Origin: Octopus sinensis
Lineage: Eukaryota
DNA length: 64,000 nt
Assembly (NCBI RefSeq): GCF_006345805.1
Contig: NC_043000.1
Location: 102,796,001 to 102,860,000 of the forward strand
Direction of reading: 5' to 3'
Shown: piece after piece, positions 13,116 to 26,525 of the stretch
How the letters are laid out: every line of letters begins with the position of its first letter
Numbering within the stretch: the first letter of the stretch is position 1
The notes under the pieces: generated by a model
The model's input: only the letters and a program-made list of their open reading frames with translations
The model's database searches: none
What the model was told of the DNA's origin: nothing
Position numbers and translations under genes: made by a program

Positions 13116-13548
13116 GAATTTTGTTTAGTGCTTGCTCTACTAGACTTAAATACTTCATTCAAGAACAGCTTCTAATACAGAACAAGAAACCAGATCACTC
13201 ACTAGCCAGCCAGTGTGAAAGAAACTTGCAAGAAATGAGAAAAGCATGACTGTAATATAAATCTCATTTCCTTTCCCTTATAAATCTTGAGGTCTTGTGC
13301 TGCTAAGGCAGCTATCATTTGAAGGAATACTAACCAAAATTTAGAATTTGAGAAATAAATTTAAATATGTGAATTAAATATAATCTCCAAAATGCTGAAT
13401 GCTCTCTCAAAATGTATAGGAAACCTGTCAACTTCAGACATGGAAACACATATTCAAAATGTTATTCATACCAGACTCAGAATGCTATTTTCTCAATGAT
13501 TTCAGAAATTATGATATTCTACACAAACAAACACACACACACACAAAC

Positions 13549-13868
13549 GTGAAGGTGCATAGCTCAGTGGTTAGAGTATTCAGCTCACAATTGTAAGGTT
13601 GTGAGTTCAATTCTTGGCAATACTTTGTCCTTAAGCAAGACACTTTATTTCCTGTTGTTCTAGTCCACCCAGCTAGCAAGACTGAATAGTACCTGTATTT
13701 CAAAGGGCCAGCCTTGTCACACTCTGTATCACACTGAATCTCCCTGAGAATTACATTAAGGGTACACATGTCTGTGGAGTGCTCAGCCATTTGCATGTTA
13801 ATTTCATAAGCAGGCTGTTCCACTGATTGAATCAAGAGGAACCCTTGTCATCGAAACTGACAGAGTAC
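13549..13868 (+). mobile_element. SINE family B with tail type 1
   Basis: Collinear with the reverse complement of 22431-22753; A-box tagctcagtggtta, B-box gagttcaattc. Confidence 0.8.
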
Positions 13869-14765
13869 CAGTACCTATATAAATACTTATATTAAATGAA
13901 AATGATCTTTATTTCTATCCCTAAACTATCCAAACAACAGCAATTTAAGCAGGAATGACAATCCTCGATCCCAAAATGTGTTTATTTAAATCATACATTC
14001 AATTTATCAATGACAACTTGAACCCAAGACTGCATGGTTGGGAAGCAAGCTTCTTAGTCACACAGCTACAGCACATCTATTAACAATGAATATTAACCCT
14101 TTTGCATTCTGATTACTTTGTCATATGTAATGTTTATTTATTTGCATTGCTTTGAATGAATCATACATTATAGCTTATAGCTTTGAGATTTCAACGATGT
14201 GATTGTTTATTTCACAACCATCGGAGCATGAAGCACCATAGGTTCATAAGATGGTTGTGAGATGGTTCTGGAAAGAGAAGTATGAATACACAATGTGCAT
14301 GCGCTCACTGAATTCAAAAAATTGAAGAGGAGAATAAAAACATAATAAAATGTAATGTCAAACAAGTTGGTCTGCATGCCACGTCTGACACCATTATCAT
14401 GCAGCTTTGCTGCAATTTTCTTGTTCTTAGAATGACATTGCATGGTCTGTGTAAGAGGCCACATCTGGCTGGCAGAACATTTGGGTCAGAGACGGCCGGT
14501 TTAAATGCTACACTAATTGCACAACAGTTATACAGTTGCTATTAATATAGATAATAACAGTAAAGTGGCATGACAGAAATGCAAGATTCCATACAATGTT
14601 TAGTTATAGCCCTTCATTTTCTGAATTCAAATGCTGCTGAGTAAATTACAACTTTTGCCTTCTCTCCTTCTAGGGCTGACAAAATACCAACCAGTCAACT
14701 ATTTGCAAATCAACAAAATTTTCCTTTCTTACAAAGTTGTCTCCTTATCCCAAAGTTACAAATCA

Positions 14766-14803
<38 letters not shown>

Positions 14804-16525
14804 ATAACACCAACAGCATTATATAATTATTTAGAACCAACAGATCAACATAACTATACATTTACTGTTAGGGTGCATAACATTTGTGAAAATTATAAGA
14901 AATTGAATATGCTGTAATGGTTTTTCTTTCTATAATTTTCTCCTTAAAACATATCCATTTCCGGATATGACTTGCTGTGTCTGCAACAGGGCCTTGAGTG
15001 GTTTCTTAAATAACATCTAAGATTTCTAAAGGAAAGGAAAAAAACTTAACCTACAGTTTATCTCTTACTGAATGGCATCCAGTGCCAACATTAAACATTT
15101 TGATACCAGTCTGCCTGAATCTGACATTGTTTCTATGATAAAACTTTCTGTTTTAAATTGATTTAAATTAAAACCTATCACCATGTTGATTTGTATTCTG
15201 CACATCAGCTTAATAAAGTTATTCTAATAATTTCTTCATTATTTTAAGAATTAATTGAAAGAAAGGTAATAATATTTCAATGTAAATATGATAACAAAAG
15301 GGTTCAATACTAAGAGCCAAAAGAGAGTCTCAATGACCTGCTAGTGATAGCAGCCACACCTCCTTCAAATCACACACCCTGGTATCTTAAAAAAGGGGAA
15401 GTACATATTGGAAAATACGGTTATATAAATACTATGTGTGAAGGAAGAGCATCATTAATGTTCCAGGTTTGCAAGACTAAGAGTGAACTGGAAGTAAATA
15501 GCTAAAACAATAAAGATTAAAAACAAAAATAAAAAATAACAACAGCAATAACAAAGAATTCCGTGGTTAACACTGATGGATAAAAGATTAGACTTGTGCC
15601 TAAGTAAGAAGCTATTACCAGTACTAATTGCAGAACAAATTATCTTTGACCTTTTCTAATTAGACTCATTTTCCCAGATCCCTTTTAGTAAATTCACTTG
15701 ATCTCAAACAACACTCTGCAGACAATATTTTTCTATTTAACAGTTAGCAATTATACTAAGTGAAATTAAATACACACACACACACACACACACAGATATA
15801 CACATACATACACGCACACAGATATACACATATTCATACACACACACACACACACACACACAAATAATATGGTATGTAAAGATTCAATTAGTTCAGGGGT
15901 TATTTGATCATAAATGAAAATGAGATTCCTAATTATACACACACAATGTAATTAATATTAAGATTCATGGACCATTAAATTTACAATTAAAGAACCATTC
16001 CATTTATTGCACACACACACACACACACACACAAACATATACATTTACAAAATGTCACACAGACACACACACACACAGAGCCGACATTCATTATTGCTAT
16101 TCTAACCTTGCAAATAATACCACAATAACAAAGTGAAAAATAAACAGAACTAGTGTACAGTAAGCTAGCTTGCTTGTAAAGTTAAAACAAAATCCACATT
16201 TTTCTCAGTGTCAAGGAAAATTGTGAAAAGATATTTCCATAGATGTCATCTGTGAAACAATTTTCTAGAGAACCATTGAAAAGAGGAGAAACCTAGAACA
16301 TTTAAAATTTGCAATGTTGTAGACTGAAGCACCTCTCAAAATGGCTATTTTTTTCACCTGTCACAGGTGTCAATGAAGCTCTAAGCTAGGTATAATTGAC
16401 ACTGATGGTAAATAGGATGTTGGCCAACAAGAGTGTCGGCCCATCTTGTATGTGTGTGGTGTTTAGAAAAACAGTGACCAGAAAAGAGGAATGCTTAAGT
16501 TAAAATATTGTCTGTTTATCCACCC

Positions 16526-16724
<199 letters not shown>

Positions 16725-18161
16725 AACGGGAGGCTGTTTAGGCCAATGGTAAGAAATCAGCAAAGTAAATAATTAAATGTAAATGAGAAACACACACACA
16801 CACACACAGAAAGGTAACTAACAACAAAAAAAGTGGTGAATGGAAGCCAACATGTAAGAGAAAGATGGTCATAGATAGACACACTAAGAGAAAAAGAGAG
16901 AGAAAGAACGAAAGAGAGAGAGAGAGAGATAGAGGAATATATTAATATTTATTCTCCCCACTTGCTGGTGAAAGAATTGAGTTATTAGTGAGATAGAAGG
17001 ACCAAGTTTTAAAAATCATCAGTTAAGTTAGTGTTAACATATTGCAGAGAGAACAGCTAAAAGGCTAACTTCACAAAATAATGCAGTGAGGTGTGGGGGG
17101 AAAAAAAACATTGTTAATAAGTAATGTTATTTTTATGATTTTAGATATTGCAGAAAACAAATCAGGATATATCTATATCATTCTGACCTCATTTTCCAGA
17201 CTATTGAACTCTTTCAATGCTAATCTGCCTGAGACTGTGTCTTGTTCTATAACAGAAACTTCTTATTTTAGTGCTCAAAACTAAACCTTCCATCAATATT
17301 CCATGTTTATATATGTTCCATGCACCAGTTTAATAATAACAGAGTTACTGAACTAAATTTGTCTTTATTTTCAAAATTAATTGAAACAGGGGCTGTGTGT
17401 TTCAACTGAAATATATAGCAACAAAGGTATGGCCTTGATTGTACTTGCTGAAAGTGTGCAGGAAATATCACCAAGTAAATAAGCAGGATTAAGACTGTAC
17501 ATCGAATTTTGTGACTTATTTAGAAAATAACTTTGAGACACCATCTGCACAAAAAAGCAATGGTTAAGTTAGAGCTTGGTTTTGATAGTTAACATCACAT
17601 TTCAATCTTGGCTTTGTAAACAAATACATCAGATGCAGGCTTCCTTTTCAACCATGTGGCCTTAGGTTCAATCTCACTAGATGGCACTATGTGCAAGTGA
17701 CTAATACTATATAGCCCTGGGTTGAGCAAAGCCTTGAGTGTAAACTGAAAGAAGCTGATTGTGTACGTGTGTGTGTGTGAGTGTGTTTGTATATACTCAT
17801 GTCTTGACATCACATGATGGTTGCAAGTGAGCATAATTGTCATACAAGCAAATTTGTTTCTTCAGTGGAAATCATATCTAGCTATGGGGAAAAAAATTAC
17901 CTTACTTGTAAACAGGTGAGGGTTGGTGACAGGAAGCGCATCCAGGTATAGAAAAATCTGTCTCAAGAAAATCCATCTAACCCATGCAAGCATGGAAAAG
18001 TGGACATTAAATAATGATAATAAATAATGGTTTTAGTTTTAACCATTTACCACTTAAACTGGCCATATCAGGCCCAAATATTCTACCTGTTTTATATTCA
18101 AACTGGTGAAATATAGACTCTCACACTTACCCTGCAATGTCATTCTAAACAATAAACAAAA

Positions 18162-18564
18162 GGCGCAGGAGTGGCTGTGTGGTAAGTAGTTTGTTTACCA
18201 ACCACATGGTTCCCGGTTCAGTCCCACTGCGTGTCACCTTGGGCAGGTGTCTTCTACTATAGCCTCGGGTCGACCAAAGCCTTGTCAGTAGATTTGGTAG
18301 ATGGAAACTGAAGGAAGCCTGTCGTATATATGTATATATGTGTGTGTGTGTGTAAATGTTTGTGTGCCTGTGTTTGTCTCCCCAACATCATTTGACAACC
18401 GATGCTGGTGTGTTTATGTCCCTGTAACTTAGCGGTTCAGCAAAAGAGACCGATAGAATAAGCACTAGGCTTACAAAGAATAAGCCATGGGGTCGATTTG
18501 CTCGACTAAAGGCGGTGCTCCAGCATGGCCGCAGTCAAATGACTGAAACAAGTAAAAGAGTAAA
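18162..18564 (+). mobile_element. Full-length tRNA-derived SINE, family A, inserted into a family F MITE (18039-18667)
   Basis: A-box tggctgtgtggt, B-box ggttcagtccc, CORE-SINE-like accttgggcaggtgtctt, internal (TA/TG)n, tail gactgaaacaagtaaaagag. MITE halves with TTAA ends lie on both sides. Confidence 0.88.
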
Positions 18565-19559
18565 CCATTGAAATTTCAAAGGTACAAGATAATGCATAAT
18601 TAATTCAAAATAGTGTGAATAAATAAGCATTGCATTTGACAGACTAATCTGAATGCTAATGTGTTAAAGAGAAATACCAAAGTACTAATGGGCTATGGAT
18701 GACATATAACTTCTTAATTCAGAGTAAAATTGCAAAAAAGAAAAAAAATCACTAAACTGCAAAATCACCAAGAAATCATTGTTTCATCATCTAATCATTC
18801 TTTTGTTTTGTTTTTAATGATGTCATTTATGAATAAAAGCTGCTGATTCATTTTGCTCTATTTTGTTCATTGATAGTCTCGGTTAGGATTAGCTAATTAG
18901 TAATTTAGTACAGAATTAACTAACTATACAGTTGATAATTGACTGAAACTAATTTAATTTGTTGTGTTAATGACACATCACACATACTGTTAATGATATA
19001 TCGTATATCATATATTCAATTACAAGTAGTTAAATAAACACATTGTAGTTTTACTATGCTTCCCATGAGATGGTTGACATGCGAACACATACACATGCAC
19101 ATACACATCCACCCTATTTTCTGACGTATAAGGCACAAAAAGGAAGGGTCAAAAGTGTGGTTGGTTGTATGAAGAAAAAAATGGTTGAAAAAATTTAAAT
19201 TTGTAAAAAATTAAATTTAAATTTCGAAAAAAACTAACACTGGGAATTAAAAAAAAAGTTTGGGGCTGTATGGTAAAAAAGTTTGTTTCCTAACCACATG
19301 ATTTTGGGTTCAGTTCCATTGTACGGCACCTTGTAGTGCCTTCTACTATAGCCTAGGGCTGACCAAAGCCTTGTAAGTGGATTTAGTAGATGGAAACTGA
19401 AAGAGGCGCTTTACATGTGTGTGTGTGTGTGTGTGTGTTGAATCTGTGTTAGTCCCCCACCATCACCTGACAACCAATGTTGGTTAATTTATGTCCTTAT
19501 AACTTAGCGGTTTAGCAACAAAAACTAATAGAATAAGTGCCAGGCTAAAAAAGACCACA

Positions 19560-21565
19560 GGGAAAATGGCTCTTTGCAAAAGGAACCTGGCAAAGGTAAT
19601 GCAGTGGATAATTACCACCCAGTTTGCCTACCCATGATGCAGATGTTGTTGACAGGAATATCTAATTGTGTGTATGGCCTCCCTGAAATTAATGACAAGC
19701 TGCCAGTGGAACAGAAGGGATGTATGACAAAAAGCTGAGGGACAAAAGATCAATTTCTGATAGACAGAATGGTGCTGAACAACTGTAAGAAAAGACATAC
19801 TATTCTGGGGTATGGCATGGATTGATTATGAGAAAGCTTATGATATGGTTTGTCATTCCTGGAATTCAGAAAGTCTTGGGAGATTAAACAGGTGTCTGAT
19901 AACAGGTGTTTGGTATTTTTTATTTTATCAGGATGTTAATGAAGAACTGGAATAAAGAGTTAACATAATGTAGAAAATTTTGGGCAAAGATTAACATCAA
20001 GAGAGGTATATATAAGGGAGATAGTCTGTTATCATTGATGTTTGTGATTTGCTGGATAACCCTCACATAGATATTATGGAAAGTAACATCACGGTACACC
20101 TTCATAAGTGGAGGAAAGTTGAACCACCTGCTGTATACAACTTAAAGACCCTCTGTATAAGTGAGTATGAAATAAATGGTTTCGTTTCAAAACTGCAAAT
20201 AGTCAGTAAGGATATTGGGATGGAATTTGGAATTAATAAGTGGTGCACAAATCAAAGAAAGGCAAAGTATTGCTATCTAATGGTATAGAATGGTATATAG
20301 GCACATGAGTGGCTGTGTGGTATGTAGCTTGCTTACCAGCCACATAGTTCCGGGTTCAGTCCCACTGCGTGGCACCTTGGGCAAGTGTCTTCTACTATAG
20401 CCTCGGGCCGACCAAAGCCTTGTGAGTGGATTTGGTAGACGGAAACTGAAAGAAGCCCATCGTATATATGTGTGTGTTTTTGCCCCCCCAACATCACTTG
20501 ACAACCGATGCTGGTGTGTTTATGTCCCCATAACTTAGCGGTTCGAATAAGTACTAGGCTTACAAAGAATAAGTCCTGGGATTGATTTGCTCGACCAAAG
20601 GTGGTGCTCCAGCATGGCCACAGTCAAATGACTGAAACAAGTAAAAGGGTAACTACCCAAGAACTAACCAACAGCGAGAGCATCAAGGATATTGAGATGG
20701 ATGGATATAAGCGTCTGGGTATTTTAGAGTATGACAAGACCAAGGAGAATGAGATGAAAGAAAGCTTTAGGCGAGAATACCACAGGAGAACCAGGTTAAT
20801 TATGAAGAGTAGACTCAATAGAAAGAACAAAAATCAAGGAAATAAATACATGGGTGGTTTCCTTAATGCAATATGGCACAAGTGTTGTTAGATGGACAAA
20901 AAACAAGTATGAGGAAATAAATAGAAAGAAAGTCCTACATATGTGAGTGAGTGTAGCAAACTGACTCAACAGGAATACAAAAGGAGGCATGGTAACATAG
21001 CTAGGTATGTTCATTGAAGACTGTGTGAGAAGTGCAATAATAAAAGGACACTGAAATGGTATGAGCATAGAGCAGAAGGTGTCACTGGGAATAATGAATA
21101 TAAAGATCTTGTGGGATTTTACAATCCAGTGTGATTCATTGATTGTTTGCAGATCAGACATTGTTGTAGCTGATAAAATAATGAAGGAAACCAAGATCAT
21201 AGGTATTGCCATACCTGGGGATTAACAAGTGGAAAAGATTGAGAAGTACAAGTCGCTACAAGATGAGATTGCAAGAATGTGGGCATTGAAGAAAGTAATT
21301 GCCATCCCAGAGCATTAACAACCAAGTTTGAGGAATTTCTTGAAAAAAATTTAAGAGTCACAAGAGTACAGCATGCTCAGAAAACTGCTTTAATGGGGAC
21401 TGTGAGGATTTTGAGATTGGCATTAGGATGTTAGATATTGTAGATGAAAACCCTGTGAAACCTTTGACAACAGGTTGTTTTCCACTTTGATGCAATTAGT
21501 TGCAGCAAGTGAAATTGAGAGCTTTGAGAAGTGAAATGACAATAACAGCAAACAATAATAATTAA
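19560..21565 (+). mobile_element. Degenerate, internally deleted R4/Dong-like LINE (RT and REL endonuclease), interrupted by a SINE
   Basis: Fragments LPVEQKGC...GTKDQFLID...MAWIDYEKAYDMV, KRGIYKGDSL, DIGMEFGINK, YKRLGILE...EYHRRTRLIMKSRLN, YKRRHGNIA, KILWDFTIQCD, KIEKYKSL, QKTALMGTVRILR; many stops and frameshifts. Confidence 0.9.
20297..20648 (+). mobile_element. SINE family A inserted in the LINE RT region
   Basis: High similarity to 18162-18564; LINE coding remnants resume on both sides. Confidence 0.88.
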
Positions 21566-21578
21566 CAAGAAAAACAGC

Positions 21579-21787
21579 AATCTTTTCTACTATAGGCTTC
21601 GTATTTTGGGGCCTGGGAGTAGTTGATTACATCAACCCCAGTGCTCAACTGGTACTTATTTAATTAACTGTGAAAGGATGAACGTCAGAGTCAACTTCAG
21701 TGGAATTTGACCATAGAACATAAAGATAAATAAAATAGTGCTAAGTATTTTGCCTAGCATGCTAATGATTCTGCCAGATCACTGCCT

Positions 21788-21818
<31 letters not shown>

Positions 21819-22025
21819 AATCCTTTCTACTAAAGGCACAAGGCCTGAAATTTGGGGTGAGGTGACTAGTCGATTACATCAAGCACAGTGTTTCACTGGT
21901 ACTTAATTCATCGACCCCAAAAGGATGAAAGGCAAAGTCAACCTTGGCAGAATTTGATTGCAGAACATAAGGCCGTTAAGCATTTGGCTGGCATGTCAAC
22001 AATAGTGCCAAATCACTGCCTTAAT
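21579..22025 (-). mobile_element. Two tandem SINEs, family C (Nin/Deu-like central domain), separated by (AAT)n
   Basis: Minus strand core gttgactttgcctttcatccttttggggtcgatgaattaagtaccag recalls the Nin domain; head aaggcagtgatctggcagaatcattagca. Units ~21579-21790 and ~21819-22025. Confidence 0.75.
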
Positions 22026-22317
22026 AATAAAATGGTAATAATAAAACACCCCAAAGTGCACTTCCTTTTTTCCAATAAATATCTATGCAAATATTTGAGG
22101 GTGATTAGGTTGTCATTTCTAGCAAGTTTGTACAGTCTTATGGAGAATCTCCTTCATTGGCTAGAAAAATAAAATAGCTATTGATGCTGCTGCTATTTTT
22201 GTGGGAATATATGCTTTTTATATTGGTCTGAACTAAGTAGACAGCATAGTGTGGTTTCTATGAGGGTGTAATAGGGCTTCATGAAGTTATACACACACAC
22301 ATCTACATACATACATA

Positions 22318-22357
<40 letters not shown>

Positions 22358-22430
22358 CACACACATACACATATATACATGGAATATTTTTAACACACTT
22401 TAATTAGCAGAATAACATGTATACAATTTA

Positions 22431-22753
22431 AAGACTCCGCCGGTTACGACGACGAGGGTCCCAGCTGATACGATCAACGGAACAGCTTGCTCGTGAAATT
22501 AACGTGCAAATGGCTGAGCATTCCACAGACACGTGTACCCTTAACGTAGTTCTCGGGGATAATCAGCGTGACACAGAGAGTGACAAGGCTGACCCTTTGA
22601 AATACAAGTACAACTCATTTTTGCCAGCTGAGTGGACTGGAGCAACGTGAAATAAAGTGTCTTGCTCAAGAACACAACGCGTCGCCGGGAATCGAACTCA
22701 CAACCTTACGATCATGAGCCGAATGCCCTAACCACTAAGCCACGCGCCCTCAC
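22431..22753 (-). mobile_element. Young full-length SINE family B with tail type 1
   Basis: tRNA-like head ggcgcgtggcttagtggttagggcattcggctcatgatcgtaaggttgtgagttcgattccc, CpGs retained, 11-bp TSD tatacaattta (22420-22430 / 22754-22764). Confidence 0.9.
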
Positions 22754-23016
22754 TATACAATTTAGAAGCAAGGCAATGGTGAAGTGTTTAAAAAGAAATT
22801 ACTGCAATAATTTTAATATATTGCATAGTCTTAAAAAAGTAACTGTATGGAAAATGCAAACAGTGTGCTAAGTAAGTAAGCTGATATTAAAATAACGCTT
22901 TATAATACAAATTGAATAGCAATATAACATCTTTTGCCACAAAATGCAGCTGATATCTTCATTGGTCTAGAATGTTTTCATATCTCCACCCACCAGCTCT
23001 CTCTCTATGCATGTGC

Positions 23017-23117
<101 letters not shown>

Positions 23118-23402
23118 TAAGAGAGAGAAAGACATGCACATACATATAAATATATACTTTTTGTAAATAGTAAGGGATTACCCTTACATATATATATATG
23201 CACATACACACACACACACATGCAGATACATATATACACAAATCCTCAATTACAGGTGTACAGCAAGCTGAATCTCCATAATAACTTTTTATCAAGTTTT
23301 TGGAAAACAAGGCACATAAATTCCTATTTGTGCATGAAAATGAAAGTTTGAGTAGAAAACAATTTGCATATACACAGAACCAGACTATTTGACTTAGATG
23401 CT

Positions 23403-23444
<42 letters not shown>

Positions 23445-23550
23445 GTGAAATAGAAAGATGAATAATCTTGTAGTAGATTAATCAAAAGTTTAACCGATAC
23501 CTTAGTAGCAAAAATCACAGCAGTAAACATATATATATATATATATATAT

Positions 23551-23736
23551 ATACAAGATAAGAAAATGGAGAAACACATCCAAATCAAATATCAATTACC
23601 AGATAATACTCAATCACATACTTTATTAAACCACCACATAAGAGACTGTAGGGTAGTTTAATAAAGTATGTGATTGAGTATTATCTGGTAATTGATATTT
23701 GATTTGGATGTGTTTCTTCATTTTCTTATCTTGTAT
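23551..23736. repeat. Inverted repeat, 81-bp arms with ~24-nt spacer, starting in (TA)n
   Basis: atacaagataagaaaatg...ctttattaaac (23551-23631) versus gtttaataaag...cattttcttatcttgtat (23656-23736); one mismatch. Confidence 0.95.
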
Positions 23737-24197
23737 TAATAATTTGTGGTAAATCATTTTACCTTTGCCCATATAATACAGTAAATGAATTGATTGCATC
23801 GCAATCATTAACATTTATGTATTAACTTTGTTGGGTACTTCACTAGCAGTATATTGGATATGCGTTATCCCATAGAGGGTTGCATTTACAACCCCTATCT
23901 CAATTTGTATATATATATATATATATGTATATCACCATCATCATCACCGTTTAAATTCTGCTCTCCATGCTGGCATGGGATGGACGGTTTGACATGGGGC
24001 TGTCCAGACTCCAACTGTCTATTGAGGCATGGTTTTTTGCAGTTGGATGCCCTTCCTAAAGCCAATCACTTGTGCTTTTTAAGTGGCACTGGCACCTGAT
24101 AGGACAAGCCTGTATATGTCGAAAACAATGATTTTACTTAGCTCGATAAGTGTGGAAGCCAGTGATTTTACTTAGCTTGATGTGTCAAAGTGTAAGA

Positions 24198-24312
24198 TGC
24201 TTACAACACATAGGCTTCCCAAGTGGTCACCCATCTAAGTACTAGGCTCAACATCGCTTAACTTTGGAGATTGGACAAGAACCAGTGCATTCAATGTGAT
24301 ATGGCTGCAAGC
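24198..24312 (-). pseudogene. Solitary 5S rRNA pseudogene
   Basis: Minus strand gcttgcagccatatcacattgaatgcactggttcttgtccaatctccaaagttaagcgatgttgagcctagtacttagatgggtgaccacttgggaagcctatgtgttgtaagc is collinear with metazoan 5S rRNA (box A aagttaagc, box C gatgggtgacc). It has many substitutions, a short deletion and no oligo-T terminator. Confidence 0.92.
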
Positions 24313-26525
24313 CACACACACACACATCATCATTTTAGTGGCCACTTGTCCATGCTTGCTCTTCCTGTTGCCAATCTACACCAGTTCTCAAGCAAGGTAA
24401 TATTTTCCCATAGCTTGTTTTTTTTGGAAAGGACACTGCTGGCATGACAATGACACCCGTTTACAACTATCACATGATGTTGAGACAAAGAGACTACAAC
24501 GCACCTTCACACAAGCATGTGCACACACTCACATGTCTAGCTTCTCATTTTTTTTCTCTTCATATTACCTTGTACAAGTGTCCTGCTTTGCAAACTGAAT
24601 AGAATAGACCATGTGCTCAGAGCCTGGAGATTATTTGGTGACACAAAGCAAAAAACTATATGTAGCTCATATCTTTATACTATGTACATTAAATGATATG
24701 TGTCTCTCACTGAATGGGGTACTTTTTTTTGTTTATCTTACCTTAATGGAACAGCAAACTATATATATATACACACACACACACACATAAACATATTCAC
24801 ACAAAAGTGAATTAGAAGTATGCAAAAGAAACAGAATGCAGATAATATTTTGATGTTACTCTGAGATTTCTGTGTGGCTTGAAGGTGATAAGAACTAAGA
24901 AGCATATACATCCTTTCAAAAGTGTATATATAATGTAAACAGATACGTAAAATAATATAACTGCTACCTATCTACCTATCTATCAGTCTATCTCTCTGAC
25001 TATCTATAGGTACAGACACACCAAGAAGAACACAAACAATAGAGAGCTCAATGACAATGTCAACAAAATACACTCCAAAATTAAGAATTATTATAAACAA
25101 AATAGCCAAATAGATAAGCACACTGCCGTCGCCATCAACACCACCACAAACAACAATCCTTGTTTTTGTAAATAACAGGATAAGTTTCAGCAAGTTAGTT
25201 CTGATATGAGCATGGCTGTGTGGTCAAGAAGTAAATTTCACAACCTGCAACACCTGAGGAAATGCTTCCTATCACAGGCTGCCCAATACACTGAGAGTGA
25301 AATTTAGTTGATGGAAACTTCATTGAAGCCCATCATACATATCATCATTTAACATCCATTTCCTAAACTAGCATGGGTTGGATATATATATTTAATATAT
25401 ATATTATTTTATGTGTCTGTGTGTGTGTGTTTATGTCCACCTTTCCATGCTGGCTTGCTTTGATGAAGACTTATTCAAGGCAATATTTGACAGCTGGATA
25501 ATCTTCCTGTCACAAGTCTTCCCCTTACCTGGTTTTTCAGTAAGAGATTTTCATTCTTTCTATTCCACTTGTCCTTGCAAGATGCAGCTACAAGACATAT
25601 TGTTATTTGGGAGAAATAAACACAAAATCACCATTTTTTACATAAACTACATCATGCAAAGATGGCTAGCTTGTAAACACAGCAGAAGACACTTGACTTG
25701 CCCAGGGTGCCACACAGCAGGAGAGAACCTGAAACTACATGGTTATGAAGGAAATTCAGCTATGCCTGTGACATCCAGTCCATACTGTAAAGTGGTTGGC
25801 ACTTGGAAAGGCATCCAGCTGTAAAAACCATGCAAAAGTAGACCTTGCCATTGCTGGTGCCACACAAGAAGCACTCGATCCACTCTGTAAGATGGCTAGC
25901 ATTAAGATGGGCATTCAGCTGTAAAAACCATGCCAAAATAGACAGTGAAATCTGATGCAGTCTTCTGGCTTGTCAACTCCTGTCAAATTGTCCAACCCAT
26001 GACAGCAGGGGAAATGGATGTTAAATGATGATAATGATAACAAAACTGGTTTGACTGTGTAGTCATGAAGTTTACTTCATAACCACATGGTTTCATGTTT
26101 AGTCCTACAGTATGCCACCTTGGACAAGTGTCTTCTACTTATAGGCGCAGGCATGGCTGTGTGGTAGATGTGGGTCGGTGACATAAAAACATGTGTATCA
26201 TTCACCAATGTATCCTGGCAAAAGATGTTAACACTAATGAGAAAAGAGAAATTGTGCTTGTCAAGCAAAGAGCCTTGTGGTATTTGTTTTCCCCACCAAG
26301 TAACAGACACTCTTTTGTTACTGCCAACAGTCAGAAATAAAGAGAAACAGTGATGGGCCCAATGGAAACTTGTAAACAATAACACTATTATTGTGCACAA
26401 ATCACAATATATGATAATAAATAGATAAGTTGGAAGGACTAGAATAGAATAGAAATGAAAAATTTACCCAGTAAGGATATCAATCATAAAGTCCAAATAT
26501 AATATCAAAATCTTTGAGAACTTAC

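Noticed and set aside
15006-15025. Strong minus-strand acceptor (tttttttcctttcctttag) that would add EILDVI* as a terminal exon
   Set aside because: Such acceptors are common in T-rich introns and nothing else supports it.
22680-22753. tRNA gene
   Set aside because: It is the tRNA-derived head of a SINE with body and TSD; no complete cloverleaf acceptor stem or terminator.
24569-24624. Possible small minus-strand exon ending AAG|gtaata
   Set aside because: Open frame, but the peptide is unrecognisable and there are two competing acceptors; chance is likely.
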